Positions 1 to 10,915 of a stretch of DNA of 64,000 bases are shown one piece after another; within the stretch, counting starts at the first letter, position 1, and each line of letters begins with the position of its first letter. The position numbers were made by a program, and so were the translations under genes. Source of the stretch: Negativicutes bacterium (GTDB lineage: Bacteria; Bacillota; Negativicutes; UBA1444); assembly GCA_963665275.2 (NCBI GenBank), contig CAXXIN010000016.1:32001-96000 (forward strand), given 5' to 3'. The notes below the pieces were generated by a model. That model was not told the origin of the DNA. It made no database searches and worked only from the letters and a program-made list of their open reading frames with translations.

Positions 1-507
1 GAAGACCTGAAGGGCATGAAAATACGCGTAATGGAAAATCGCCTCATGATTGATACGTTCAAGTTGTGGGGATGCGATCCGACACCGATACCTTTTACTG
101 AGCTCTATACGGCGCTCCAGCAGGGAACAGTGGACGGGCAGGAAAATCCGGTTACCTTGATCGAGACCAGCCGATTCAATGAAGTGCAAAAATTTCTGAC
201 GATCAGCAATCACTTCTATTCACCATTCATATTCTATTCCAGCAAAATGACTATGGATAAACTACCTGCCGATTTGCAAAAAGCGATTCGAGAAGCCGCG
301 CAGGAAGCCTGCGACTATCAGAAAAAATTAGTTCGTGAAGACAACGCCAAAGCGGTTGATAAGATGGAAAAAGCAGGCATGAAGGTGAATCGTCTGACGG
401 ATGCGGAACTCAAAGTGTGGGCAACAACATCGCGGCCCATTTACGAGATGTACAAAGATAAAATGGGCGCTGAGATTTACAGCAAAGTCATGAATGCCGT
501 CAAATAA
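1..507 (+). CDS. dctP: TRAP transporter substrate-binding protein (5' truncated by window edge)
   Basis: Motifs DLKGMKIRVM and ELYTALQQGTVDGQENP; followed by DctQ- and DctM-like genes. Confidence 0.93.
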   Translation, partial: EDLKGMKIRVMENRLMIDTFKLWGCDPTPIPFTELYTALQQGTVDGQENPVTLIETSRFNEVQKFLTISNHFYSPFIFYSSKMTMDKLPADLQKAIREAAQEACDYQKKLVREDNAKAVDKMEKAGMKVNRLTDAELKVWATTSRPIYEMYKDKMGAEIYSKVMNAVK

Positions 508-521
508 TCAAGATCGTGCGG

Positions 522-547
522 ACCGGGGGAGACCGCTCTTCCCCGGT
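522..547. repeat. Palindromic intergenic repeat, copy 1
   Basis: accgggggaga-ccgc-tcttccccggt hairpin; near-identical arms at 2542-2571. Confidence 0.65.
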
Positions 548-585
548 GATACTTACTTTGTTTCATGTCGTATTGAAGGGGTGAT

Positions 586-1092
586 ATGGTAATGCCAATC
601 TTAAAAATTATCTGGAAGGCCGAAGTTGCTTTCATTACGATCGCCTTGGGGATCATGTCTATCGTGACCTTCGGCGCTGTCGTCAGCCGTTTTACCTTCC
701 ATTATGCTTTGCCGTGGTCGGAGGAATTAGTCCGTTATTTATTCGCTTGGACCTCCATGGTGGGTTCGAGCGTAGCTGTTCGGGCGGGAGCACATATCGG
801 CATCAATGTTGTGACCGACAGGTTACCCCAAAAAATGAAAAAAGCAGCCGAAATCATTGTTACATTATGTAGTATCAGTTTTTGTATTGCATTGCTATTT
901 ATCGGATGGGACCAAGTGCTGAATCAGGCAGGACAGCTGTCGCCAGCTATGGAGCTCAATATGGCCGTCGTGTATGCTTGTTTGCCTGTAGGGGCTGTAC
1001 TGATGATTATCAGTTTGGTTGCGGTTCTTTTGCATGATCTAAATATCATTAAAATTAATACCAGTGGGATTGAGGTTAAGGAGGTTATCTGA
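586..1092 (+). CDS. dctQ: TRAP transporter small permease
   Basis: Four hydrophobic segments; PWSEELVRY and HIGINV motifs; lies between dctP and dctM. Confidence 0.92.
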   Translation: MVMPILKIIWKAEVAFITIALGIMSIVTFGAVVSRFTFHYALPWSEELVRYLFAWTSMVGSSVAVRAGAHIGINVVTDRLPQKMKKAAEIIVTLCSISFCIALLFIGWDQVLNQAGQLSPAMELNMAVVYACLPVGAVLMIISLVAVLLHDLNIIKINTSGIEVKEVI

Positions 1093-1094
1093 AC

Positions 1095-2376
1095 GTGGAA
1101 ATTATCATTATGATGTTTGTGCTCTTTTTCATATTGGCGTTCATGAACGTTCCCATAGCCTTCACCTTGGGAATCGCCGCTATCGTTCCTTTAATTATCA
1201 CCGAAGAATTTTCCATTAGTAGCTGTAACAATGGCTATGACGCAGTCCATCGACTCTTTTTCCGTTTATGGCGATTCCTTTCTTTATTCTTGCCGGTAAT
1301 TTGATGGATAAAGGAGGAATTTCAGGCAGGCTTGTCAGTTTTGCCAATTCGATGGTTGGATCCATTCATGGAGGTCTGGCGATCGTCACTGTAGTCGCCT
1401 GTACTTTCTTCGGCGCTATCTCTGGATCTGGCCCGGCTACTGTAGCGGCTATCGGCGGGATCATGATTCCCTATATGGTCAAAGAGGGCTACGGAGCGGG
1501 CTTTGCAGCGGCCGTTGCGGCGTCGGCTGGTTGTCTGGGACTCTTCATTCCTCCCAGCATCGCGATGATCACGTATGGAGTAACCACAGGTCAATCTATC
1601 GGAGCTCTATTTATCGGCGGCGTTGGGCCGGGAGTGATTACAGGCGTTGGGCCTCTGCATAGTGAGTTGGTGGATTCCAAAAAACGCGGCTATAAAGGAA
1701 ATATGCCGTTTTCGATGAAGAACGTAAAAGCAACAGGGAAAAATGCCATGTATCCGCTGCTGATGCCGGTTATTATTCTCGGTGGAATCTATGGCGGTAT
1801 ATTTACACCGACGGAAGCTGCGGCTGTGGCGGTTTTTTACGCCATTATCGTGGGCTTCTTTTTTACCCGCGAACTTAAAGTGTCGGATTTGCCTTCCATA
1901 TTGACGGGTTCCGCAGTCACGACAGCCATGGTAATGCTGATCATCGCGACGGCTTCGGCTTTGGTAGACTGTTGACGCTGTTGGAATTGCCGGCGGCTCT
2001 GGTGAACTTCGTTGTAGAAAATAATGTGAGCGCCGCAATGTTTCTCCTTGTTATCAATGTCGCGATGTTAATCATCGGCACTTTTATGGAACTCAATGCG
2101 ACGATTCTTATTTTGGCGCCAATTTTACTGCCGATCGCCAAAACGCTGGGGATTGATCCGGTTCATCTCGGTATCATTATGGTGGTTAACATGACTTTTG
2201 GATTGCTGACCCCGCCCTTGGGCGTTCATCTTTTTGTGGCCTGTGGCATAGCGAAAATGAAATTCGATGTAATTTGTCGGGAGATCCTGCCATTCTTGGT
2301 ATTGGCAGTGGTGGTTATCCTTATTGTCACCTACATCCCTCAGTCAAGTATGTGGCTGGTTAAGTTATTTTATTAG
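1095..2376 (+). CDS. dctM: TRAP transporter large permease, split by homopolymer indels (probably sequencing errors)
   Basis: Three consecutive ORFs carry AIPFFILAG, FGAISGSGPA, IPPSI, GIFTPTEAA and GLLTPP. The frame can be repaired by 1-nt changes near 1210, 1258, 1650, 1675 and 1960. Confidence 0.88.
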
Positions 2377-2541
2377 TTCCTTGATGAGGCCCAAATAGTT
2401 GATAGTTCGTGCTGGCGCTGCAGTGAGGCCGATTCAATGAAGTACTGCCAAGCTGGAAAGACGCGGGAGCTATAGAAATCTTCTAATGGGTATCGAAATC
2501 TATAATATAGCTATGATTGACGTTAAACAATAAAGACATCA

Positions 2542-2571
2542 TGACCGGGGAAGATATTTCTTCCCCGGTCA
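2542..2571. repeat. Palindromic intergenic repeat, copy 2
   Basis: Perfect 13-bp stem tgaccggggaaga-tatt-tcttccccggtca. Confidence 0.65.
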
Positions 2572-2789
2572 CGCTAATATCGCTATCCTGACAGATTGCT
2601 ACATCGTATGCTGATTATTCAAAAGCGATTATTAAACAATATAACTCATGGCTTGTAATAATTTTGCAAATATCACTATCAAAAGGTTGTCTCTATATAA
2701 AGGGTTGTCATCCGTACAAAAAAGAGAGGAAGACTGCAACCGATGCTTCTCAGAAGGTAATAAACTTGATGGAAAGGAAGAAAATGAAC

Positions 2790-5700
2790 ATGGCAAAGCG
2801 AAAAATGAAAACAATGGATGGAAATACTGCTGCTGCCTACGTGTCCTACGCATTCACCGACGTGGCAGCCATTTATCCAATTACGCCATCATCTCAAATG
2901 GCGGAATTGGTGGACGAGTGGTCGGCTTTAGGGAAGAAAAATATCTTTGGACAACCTGTTCGTGTGATGCAGATGCAATCAGAAGGCGGAGCTGCCGGCA
3001 CTTTGCATGGATCGCTGCAGGCAGGAGCCTTGTCCAGCACCTATACGGCATCGCAGGGACTCTTATTGATGATTCCCAACATGTATAAAATTGCCGGTGA
3101 GTTGTTGCCTGCAGTATTTCATGTCAGCGCCCGGTCTTTGGCCTCCAATGCACTCAGTATTTTTGGCGATCATCAGGATGTGATGGCAACCCGCCAAACC
3201 GGATTTGCGCTGTTGGCATCAAGCGGCGTGCAGGAAGCGATGGACCTGGCAGCGGTTGCTCATTTGGCCGCAATCAAGAGTCGTATCCCGTTTCTCCATT
3301 TTTTTGACGGATTTCGCACGAGCCATGAAGTACAGAAGATTGAAGTGCTGGAATATGACGAATTGGCGGGACTAATCGATATGGAGGCCGTTAAAGAATT
3401 CCGTAACCGGTCTCTCAGTCCGAATCGTCCGGTAATCCGCGGCACAACACAGAATCCTGATATCTTTTTTCAGACGCGCGAAGCAGTGAATAAATTTTAT
3501 GCAGCGCTTCCGGATATCGTTGAAACTTATATGCAGGAAATAAACAAACTGACGGGAAGACACTACAAATTGTTCAATTATTATGGTGCCAATGATGCCG
3601 ATAGAGTGATCGTGGCAATGGGATCGGCATGTGATACCATACGTGAAACTGTTGATTACTTAACCTCGCACGGAGAAAAGGTAGGCGTGTTGGAAGTCCA
3701 TCTGTATCGACCCTTTTCTATCGAACGCTTCCTTGCAGAGCTTCCAGACGGTGTCAAAAAAATAGCTGTTCTTGACAGAACGAAGGAACCAGGGGCTACC
3801 GGCGACCCACTATACCTTGATGTCCGCAACGCATATTATGAAAAAATAGCGCCTCCGGCTATCGTGGGGGGGCGCTACGGTCTCGGATCCAAGGACTTTA
3901 CTCCGGCGCACGTTGTCGCTGTTTATGAAAACCTCAAAAGTGAGAAGCCGAGAAAGGGGTTTACAGTCAGCATCGAAGATGATGTGACTTTCACTTCGCT
4001 GCCAGAGTACGAAAAAGACATCGATACAATTCCTGCAGGGACTACCTGTTGTAAATTTTGGGGCTTGGGATCAGATGGCACGGTGAGCGCGAACAAGAGT
4101 GCCGTTAAAATTATTGGCGATCACACCGATATGTACGTTCAAGCCTATTTTGCCTATGACGCGAAAAAGTCCGGCGGGATTACAATATCGCATTTGCGCT
4201 TCGGATATTCTCCTATCCGATCTCCCTATTTGATCAACAAGGCCGACTTCGTGGCCTGCCACAATCAATCATATGTCAATAAATACAATGTCCTTGCCGG
4301 GCTGCGGCCAGGAGGAATCTTCCTGCTGAACTGCGAGTGGGATCAGGCGGAATTGGAAGACAACCTGCCCAGCTTCATGAAACGTTTTATTGCACAAAAC
4401 AGTATTCATTTTCACACGATTGATGCGGCGAAAATCGCCTCGAAAATTGGGCTGGGAAGTCGCCTCAACATGGTCATGCAGGCCGCTTTCTTTAAGCTAT
4501 CCTCAATCATCCCGGTCGAGGATGCCATTGAGTATTTGAAAGAATCATTAGTCGTTGACTACGGCAAACAGGGTCAGCGGATCATTGACATGAATTATGC
4601 GGCCGTGGAGCAAGGCATGAAAGCCATCGCGACAATCATAGCGCCAGAAGGCTGGAAAGTTGCGGTTGACAAACAGGATGAGGTTCCGCATGTTGCCTGC
4701 GCTTGTTCAAGTGACATGGTGAATGCCGATTTGCCTACTTTTATTAAAGAAATTGCTGTTCCCATGAACCGACAAGAAGGTGACAAATTGCCGGTCAGTG
4801 CATTTAATGGGCGGGAAGACGGAACCTTTCCCAGTGGAACAACGGCTTATGAAAAACGCGGTATTGCCGCAGAGATACCGGAATGGCAGCCGGATCGTTG
4901 CATTCAATGCAACCAGTGTTCGTTCGTCTGTCCCCATGCCGTTATTCGTCCGGTGCTGATTAATCAAAACGAGATGGCAACGGCCCCTTATGATATGGCT
5001 GTGAAACCAGCGGTGGGGTATCCGGAAATGCAGTTTCATCTTGCGATTTCCCCTTTGGATTGCACCGGTTGCGGCAATTGTTTCGAGGTCTGTCCTGCCA
5101 AAGGAAAAGCCTTGGAAATGAAACCGCTGGCAGGCCAACTGCCGCAAGGCGAAAAAAGGTGGGGTTTTGCTATCGCTGTTTCGACAAAACCCATTGAGGC
5201 GAAACAAGCCCTCACCGTAAAAGGAAGTCAGTTTGCCAGGCCCTTACAGGAATTTTCAGGGGCTTGCGCCGGTTGTGGCGAAACCCCGTACGCGAAATTG
5301 ATTACCCAACTCGTTGGAGATCGGATGATGATATCCAACGCTGCCGGTTGCTCCACGGTATGGGGTGCGAGCGCGCCATCCACCTCATACACCACCAACG
5401 CGTCAGGCTGTGGTCCGGCCTGGGGTTTCTCACTATTTGAAGACAATGCGGAATATGGATTGGGCATGCATATCGGTGTAGCGCAACTGCGCCGGGCATT
5501 GAAAGAAAAAGTGGGGAAAGCGCTGAGCACAGTGAAGGACTTGTCGTTGCGAGAGGCCATGACTGAGTGGCTGCAGCACATGAATGAAGGGGAAGGAACG
5601 CGCGCCCGTTCCCGCCGCCTGATTGACATCCTGGAGAAATCTAAAGGCAATGATGCGTTATTGAACGAGATTTACGAGCATCAGGATTATTTGGTAAAAC

Positions 5701-6347
5701 GTTCCCAATGGATCTTCGGCGGAGATGGGTGGGCATATGATATCGGCTATGGCGGACTTGACCATGTGCTTGCTGCAGGGGAAGACGTTAACGTTCTTGT
5801 ATTTGATACAGAGGTTTACTCAAACACCGGTGGGCAGGCTTCGAAATCTACGCCGACGGCAGCTATGGCGCAATTTGCTGCCAGCGGCAAGAAAACTCGC
5901 AAGAAAGATCTGGGAGTCATGGCGATGTCCTATGGTTATGTGTATGTAGCACAAATTGCCATGGGTGCTGATCGTAACCAAACGCTAAAAGCTATCGCTG
6001 AAGCGGAAGCCTATCCAGGCCCTTCTTTGATCATCGCTTATGCGCCCTGTGTTAACCACGGAATCCGTGGAGGAATGCGTTTTAGTCAGTTGCAGGCTCA
6101 AAAAGCTGTTGAATCAGGCTATTGGTCTCTCTATCGATACAATCCCCAGGGCAAAGAGGCAGGCGTTAATCCTTTTACATTGGACTCAAAAGAGCCGACA
6201 GCCAGTTTCCAAGATTTCTTGATGAGTGAAGTTCGATATTCTGGACTCGCAAGACAATTCCCTGATACTGCGCAGGAGCTTTTTGCTAAAGCGGAGAAAG
6301 ATGCCAAAGATCGGCGGGATACTTATAAGCGCTTAGCGGCCCAATAA
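2790..6347 (+). CDS. nifJ: Pyruvate:ferredoxin (flavodoxin) oxidoreductase, homodimeric type
   Basis: MDGNTAAA, AIYPITPSS, two CxxCxxCxxxCP motifs, GACAGCGE, TPP motif GGDGWAYDIG; start chosen from RBS. Confidence 0.96.
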   Translation: MAKRKMKTMDGNTAAAYVSYAFTDVAAIYPITPSSQMAELVDEWSALGKKNIFGQPVRVMQMQSEGGAAGTLHGSLQAGALSSTYTASQGLLLMIPNMYKIAGELLPAVFHVSARSLASNALSIFGDHQDVMATRQTGFALLASSGVQEAMDLAAVAHLAAIKSRIPFLHFFDGFRTSHEVQKIEVLEYDELAGLIDMEAVKEFRNRSLSPNRPVIRGTTQNPDIFFQTREAVNKFYAALPDIVETYMQEINKLTGRHYKLFNYYGANDADRVIVAMGSACDTIRETVDYLTSHGEKVGVLEVHLYRPFSIERFLAELPDGVKKIAVLDRTKEPGATGDPLYLDVRNAYYEKIAPPAIVGGRYGLGSKDFTPAHVVAVYENLKSEKPRKGFTVSIEDDVTFTSLPEYEKDIDTIPAGTTCCKFWGLGSDGTVSANKSAVKIIGDHTDMYVQAYFAYDAKKSGGITISHLRFGYSPIRSPYLINKADFVACHNQSYVNKYNVLAGLRPGGIFLLNCEWDQAELEDNLPSFMKRFIAQNSIHFHTIDAAKIASKIGLGSRLNMVMQAAFFKLSSIIPVEDAIEYLKESLVVDYGKQGQRIIDMNYAAVEQGMKAIATIIAPEGWKVAVDKQDEVPHVACACSSDMVNADLPTFIKEIAVPMNRQEGDKLPVSAFNGREDGTFPSGTTAYEKRGIAAEIPEWQPDRCIQCNQCSFVCPHAVIRPVLINQNEMATAPYDMAVKPAVGYPEMQFHLAISPLDCTGCGNCFEVCPAKGKALEMKPLAGQLPQGEKRWGFAIAVSTKPIEAKQALTVKGSQFARPLQEFSGACAGCGETPYAKLITQLVGDRMMISNAAGCSTVWGASAPSTSYTTNASGCGPAWGFSLFEDNAEYGLGMHIGVAQLRRALKEKVGKALSTVKDLSLREAMTEWLQHMNEGEGTRARSRRLIDILEKSKGNDALLNEIYEHQDYLVKRSQWIFGGDGWAYDIGYGGLDHVLAAGEDVNVLVFDTEVYSNTGGQASKSTPTAAMAQFAASGKKTRKKDLGVMAMSYGYVYVAQIAMGADRNQTLKAIAEAEAYPGPSLIIAYAPCVNHGIRGGMRFSQLQAQKAVESGYWSLYRYNPQGKEAGVNPFTLDSKEPTASFQDFLMSEVRYSGLARQFPDTAQELFAKAEKDAKDRRDTYKRLAAQ

Positions 6348-6415
6348 ATTACTCAAGCTATGAAAGCGGAACTGCGATACACTCTTTTTATCAAGAAAAA
6401 GGAAGGTGGGCATCC

Positions 6416-7789
6416 TTGATTCAAATCGAAATAATCAACAAACTGGTCGACATAGTCGGCAAAGAGCACGTTCGTACTGATAAGGAAGATCTCATCATTT
6501 TTTCCTACGATGCAACTTCGATGACGGGGATGCCGGAGGCGATCGTTTCCCCGGCGAATGCTGAAGAGGTTGCGGAAGTGATCAAACTGGCGAACGAAAA
6601 ACTGATCCCTGTTGTTCCGCGCGGAGGCGGGAGCAATCTTTCCGGCGGCTCCATAGCGACGTCGGGGGGGATCGTTCTTTCCATGATGCGTATGAACCAA
6701 ATCTTGGAAATTGACGAGGAAAATTTGACGGCAACGCTCCAACCAGGGGTAATTACGGCTGATTTTAATGCGACCGTCGATGCTCGCGGGTTGATGTATC
6801 CACCGGATCCCCAGAGCGCTTCGATGTCCACTATGGGGGGAAACGTCTCCGAAAACGCGGGAGGGCCACGTGGAGTCAAATATGGTGTGACCAAGGATTA
6901 TATTCTCGGCTTGAGGGTCGTGATGCCGAATGGTGACATCGTCAAAGTCGGCGGCAAGATGGTCAAAAATGTGAGCGGATATGATCTTATTCGACTTTTT
7001 ACCGGCTCGGAAGGGACTTTGTGCGTTATTACCGAGATCACAGTCCGGTTGATTCCCAAACCGGAAGCGAAAAAAACGATGCTTGCCTTGTTTAATAGCC
7101 TGGATGATGCGGCAAATACTGTGGCTGGAATTATCAAAAGAAGGATCATTCCGACTACAATGGAATTGATGAACCAAGATGCCATGACCTTAATTGAAGA
7201 ATTCAAACCAGTTGGCTTTCCAACAGACGCCGAAGGAGCGCTGTTGATTGAAGTGGACGGCGCGCTGGCGGATGTGGAGCGACAAGCGGATAACATCATC
7301 GAAGTTTGCAAAGACTGCGGCGCTAGTGAGGTGAAAGTGGCTCAAAACGCGGAAGAGTCCGCCAAATTGTGGGCGGGGCGCAAGGCCGGGTTCGGAGCAT
7401 TTACCGCCAAGGCATTCACCGTATTAGCTGAAGACGCAACAGTTCCTCGTAGCAAGGTGCCGGACATCGTTCGCCGCATACAGGAGATCGCTAAAAAATA
7501 TAACGTTCGCATTCCCATTCTCGGTCATACCGGAGATGGCAACATGCACCCGAATATCATGTGTGACGGTCGTGACCCTGAGGAAATGAAACGCGTAGAT
7601 GCTGCGATTGATGAGATTTTCCGAGCCGCATTGGACTTGGGGGGGACCTTGTCGGGCGAGCATGGAATTGGACATTCTAAGCAAAAGTACATGAACTGGG
7701 AGTTCGGTGAAGAGGGGCTGAATGTTATGCGCAGCATCAAGAAAGCTCTTGATCCGAACAATATTCTAAATCCGGGCAAAATGCTTTGA
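6416..7789 (+). CDS. FAD-linked 2-hydroxyacid (glycolate/D-lactate) dehydrogenase, GlcD-like subunit
   Basis: PRGGGSNLSGG, YPPDP, GSEGTL, GHTGDGNMHP, LSGEHGIG, LNPGK. Confidence 0.9.
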   Translation: MIQIEIINKLVDIVGKEHVRTDKEDLIIFSYDATSMTGMPEAIVSPANAEEVAEVIKLANEKLIPVVPRGGGSNLSGGSIATSGGIVLSMMRMNQILEIDEENLTATLQPGVITADFNATVDARGLMYPPDPQSASMSTMGGNVSENAGGPRGVKYGVTKDYILGLRVVMPNGDIVKVGGKMVKNVSGYDLIRLFTGSEGTLCVITEITVRLIPKPEAKKTMLALFNSLDDAANTVAGIIKRRIIPTTMELMNQDAMTLIEEFKPVGFPTDAEGALLIEVDGALADVERQADNIIEVCKDCGASEVKVAQNAEESAKLWAGRKAGFGAFTAKAFTVLAEDATVPRSKVPDIVRRIQEIAKKYNVRIPILGHTGDGNMHPNIMCDGRDPEEMKRVDAAIDEIFRAALDLGGTLSGEHGIGHSKQKYMNWEFGEEGLNVMRSIKKALDPNNILNPGKML

Positions 7790-7801
7790 GGAGGCCGGGA
7801 T

Positions 7802-9040
7802 ATGAGTCACTCAATCGATGAATACAAAGAGGAGACGCTGAGGTGTCTTCGCTGCGGACTTTGCCACGCTGTTTGCCCTGTGTATTCCGAAACCCATGAA
7901 GAACAATCGGTGGCGCGCGGGAAACTGCGACTTGCGCGTGCCCTGCTAGAGGGAGATGTCGAAGTGACTCCCCGAATGAAACAGATCATGTCTTTATGCC
8001 TAAGTTGCGGGGCGTGCGTAAGCAATTGTCCGTCCGTGATCAAGACAGACAAGGTCGTTTTGGCAGCTCGGGCTTATGCCACTGAAAAAGATGGGTTGCC
8101 ACTGCCGATGAATCTGGTGTTGAGGAAATTGCTTCCAAGTCCATCGTTGCAGGCTTTGGCAGTGAAAATGGGCCATTTGTATCAATCAACCGGAGTGCAG
8201 AAGTTGTTGCGTAAGAGTGGCGCAATCCAGGCCGTATCCGAAGAAATGGCAGCAAAAGAAGGAATCATGCCTGAATTCGGCGATACGACATTCCGCAACA
8301 TGCTTGCTGAGATTCCTCGGAAAAGAGGCGGCAAATATAAAGTCGCTTATTTTTTGAGTTGTGTGACAAACATGATTAATCCGGACCTTGGCAAAGCCGT
8401 AATCCGGGTACTGGAGAAACACGACTGCGAAGTACTGATCCCAACAGAAGTACAATGCTGTGGCATGGCACACATCGGGTACGGCGATCTGGAAACAGCA
8501 CGAAAGCTTGCGGCAAATAACATGAAATATCTGTTGGCGACAAAGGCTGATTTTATCATCACAGATTGTGCGACGTGTGGAGCCACGATGAAGGAGTACA
8601 AGGAGCTTGTTCCGGGAAGCGGGGAGTTTTCGGCGAAAGTATTCGATATTTCGGAGTTTTTGGTGGACAAGGTCGGTCTCCAGGTAGGCGAAAAACAAAT
8701 AGAGGGAATAGTGACCTATCATGATTCTTGTCACCTGAATCGAGCGCAAAAAGTGAACTCCGCGCCACGCAAAATATTGAAATCGATACCTGGCCTAACT
8801 TTCCGGGAAATGCCAGAGGCGGATCGTTGCTGCGGAGGTGCAGGAACTTTTAACATGAGACACTATGATGTTTCGATGAAGATTCTTGACCGAAAAATCA
8901 AGAACGTCAAGAGCGTGAAGCCGACAATCGTAGCGGTGGGGTGTCCAGGTTGCAACATGCAACTTGCCTATGGCTTGGAGAAGAATGGGCTCGATATTCC
9001 CGTTACCCATCCGGTAGAACTGTTGAATCAGACATATTAG
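7802..9040 (+). CDS. GlcF-like Fe-S subunit (2x4Fe-4S plus CCG domains)
   Basis: CLRCGLCHAVCP, CLSCGACVSNCP, QCCG, YHDSCHL, CCGGAG; adjacent to GlcD-like gene. Confidence 0.9.
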   Translation: MSHSIDEYKEETLRCLRCGLCHAVCPVYSETHEEQSVARGKLRLARALLEGDVEVTPRMKQIMSLCLSCGACVSNCPSVIKTDKVVLAARAYATEKDGLPLPMNLVLRKLLPSPSLQALAVKMGHLYQSTGVQKLLRKSGAIQAVSEEMAAKEGIMPEFGDTTFRNMLAEIPRKRGGKYKVAYFLSCVTNMINPDLGKAVIRVLEKHDCEVLIPTEVQCCGMAHIGYGDLETARKLAANNMKYLLATKADFIITDCATCGATMKEYKELVPGSGEFSAKVFDISEFLVDKVGLQVGEKQIEGIVTYHDSCHLNRAQKVNSAPRKILKSIPGLTFREMPEADRCCGGAGTFNMRHYDVSMKILDRKIKNVKSVKPTIVAVGCPGCNMQLAYGLEKNGLDIPVTHPVELLNQTY

Positions 9041-9158
9041 TGACGGACTCAAGTTTCTTACTCCGAAATACGCGATAGAAGCTTGTTATACTGGTCAGAT
9101 TAGCATGAAACATCTTTCACAGGGCTGGAAAATGCAATTGTTTGTCACTTCAGTTAAG

Positions 9159-9202
9159 AAAGCGCTCAGCGGCTGACACAGCAATTGTCAGGGGCGCTTT
9201 TT
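9159..9202 (+). terminator. Putative intrinsic terminator after the GlcD/GlcF pair
   Basis: aaagcgctc..ctgaca / tgtcag..gggcgcttt hairpin plus T tract. Confidence 0.55.
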
Positions 9203-9246
9203 AAATAAACCCAAAAATGCGTGAATATTGAGGGGAGGCCATCCAG

Positions 9247-10752
9247 TTGAACGTTTCATCCTGCGCCGCGTTGCGGCCGTACCGCGTTGCTTCCATTATA
9301 ACAGTCCTGGGTCTTTTTATTTTGTCCGCGATTCCTTCTGTGGCGCTGGCTGCGGAAACGGCCGGAGAGGCCCCCGATATCGGCAAAATACTGCCAATGT
9401 GGATGGGATTGCCGTTCGTAGGAATTCTGCTTTCGATTGCTCTGTGTCCGTTGGTAAATTCGCACTGGTGGGAGCATAACGAAGGCAAAGTCAGCCTATT
9501 CTGGGCACTCGCCTTTTTCATCCCTTTTGCTATGCTGTTGGATTTTTCTTCCGCCATCTATTATTGCCTTCACATGTACATCTTTGACTATATTCCCTTC
9601 ATCATTCTGCTCGGCAGCCTTTTCGTAATATCCGGCGGCATCATCGTCCGAGGAGCCCTAAAGGGTACACCGATCTTCAATTGCATTCTGCTGATCATCG
9701 GAACCCTCTTGGCAAGCCTGATTGGCACCACCGGCGCTTCCATGCTGATGATTCGGCCGGTTATCCGGGCCAATGCATTTCGCAAAGCCAAAGCGCATAC
9801 GATGATCTTTTTTATCTTTTTGGTCAGCAATGTTGGCGGGTCTCTGACCCCGCTCGGCGATCCGCCTCTTTTTCTGGGCTTTCTGCATGGAGTGCCCTTC
9901 TTTTGGACGCTTCGTTTAATTTTGCCGTTCCTTGTTACGGCTGGTATTGTGCTGGCAATTTACTACATGGTTGACTCCTACTATTATCGCAAGGATATAC
10001 CGCAGCCTGCAACCGAACCCTGCGGCTGTGATGAGGATAAGGAAGCGATCTGCGTCGACGGACTTTTCAACTTTTTGCTTCTGGCCGGAGTGGTTGCCGC
10101 CGTTGTCCTGGGCGGAATTTATATCAAGGACCCTATGTTTTACGACGCCAGTACCGACACCAAAATCGGGTTTTCGCTCATGGCCCTGCACGGCCATACC
10201 CTGATCCTGCCCTACCTGAATTTGCTCTTTAACGGAACCATCTTGCTGCTGGGCTTCTTGTCACTCAAGCTGACGCCTTCTTTAATCCGCGAAGACAATC
10301 ATTTCACCTGGGGACCGATCAAGGAAGTGGCGGTCTTGTTCGCCGGCATCTTTCTCACCATTATCCCTCCGATGGCGATTCTTCAGGCAAGGGGCGCCGA
10401 ACTTGGGGTTACGCAACCTTGGCAGTTTTTCTGGGCTTCGGGAGTATTATCCAGTTTCCTCGATAATGCACCGACCTACCTGACGTTCCTCAGCGTGGCT
10501 GTTGGTCTGGGCGCCAAAATCGGCGTAGTCACCGACATGGGAACCGTACCGGAACAGATCCTGATGGCGATCTCCTGCGGCTCCGTCTTCATGGGCGCCA
10601 ACTCCTATATCGGTAATGCACCGAATTTCATGGTGAAATCCATTGCTGAAGAAAACGATGTAGCGATGCCTTCCTTTTTCGGATACATGGCCTGGTCGTG
10701 CGCGATTCTGGTACCGACCTTCGTTGTGGTCACCTTCTTGTTCTTCCGGTAG
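9247..10752 (+). CDS. Putative sodium:proton antiporter / ion-transporter superfamily permease
   Basis: Many hydrophobic segments; IGTTGASM, GGSLTPLGDPPLFLG, SSFLDNAPTY, YIGNAPN. Confidence 0.8.
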   Translation: MNVSSCAALRPYRVASIITVLGLFILSAIPSVALAAETAGEAPDIGKILPMWMGLPFVGILLSIALCPLVNSHWWEHNEGKVSLFWALAFFIPFAMLLDFSSAIYYCLHMYIFDYIPFIILLGSLFVISGGIIVRGALKGTPIFNCILLIIGTLLASLIGTTGASMLMIRPVIRANAFRKAKAHTMIFFIFLVSNVGGSLTPLGDPPLFLGFLHGVPFFWTLRLILPFLVTAGIVLAIYYMVDSYYYRKDIPQPATEPCGCDEDKEAICVDGLFNFLLLAGVVAAVVLGGIYIKDPMFYDASTDTKIGFSLMALHGHTLILPYLNLLFNGTILLLGFLSLKLTPSLIREDNHFTWGPIKEVAVLFAGIFLTIIPPMAILQARGAELGVTQPWQFFWASGVLSSFLDNAPTYLTFLSVAVGLGAKIGVVTDMGTVPEQILMAISCGSVFMGANSYIGNAPNFMVKSIAEENDVAMPSFFGYMAWSCAILVPTFVVVTFLFFR

Positions 10753-10915
10753 CCGACAATGGCGATGTATATGGTGCGAACATGCGTTGAAACTTGAGTT
10801 AGGTAATGCAACGAATATTTGATATAATGAATCCAAAATGTTGAAATATGAACGGGCGTGCCGCCAGGTGGTACTGGGGCGAAAGCCCGCTTTGCATTTG
10901 GAAGGAGGCCGTGAA

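Noticed and set aside
1095-2376. dctM as a pseudogene or programmed frameshift
   Set aside because: About five single-base indels, all in short homopolymers and including a compensating pair, with otherwise intact motifs. This pattern is typical of long-read error; needs a read-level check.
9090-9246. Na+/Li+ riboswitch or leader peptide before the antiporter
   Set aside because: No recognisable aptamer consensus, and the 23-codon ORF has no RBS or biased composition. The hairpin is adequately explained as the upstream operon's terminator.
10853-10890. T-box-like aggtggtact with GAAA-capped hairpin upstream of the activator
   Set aside because: No stem I, no terminator and too short; at most a small UTR structure.
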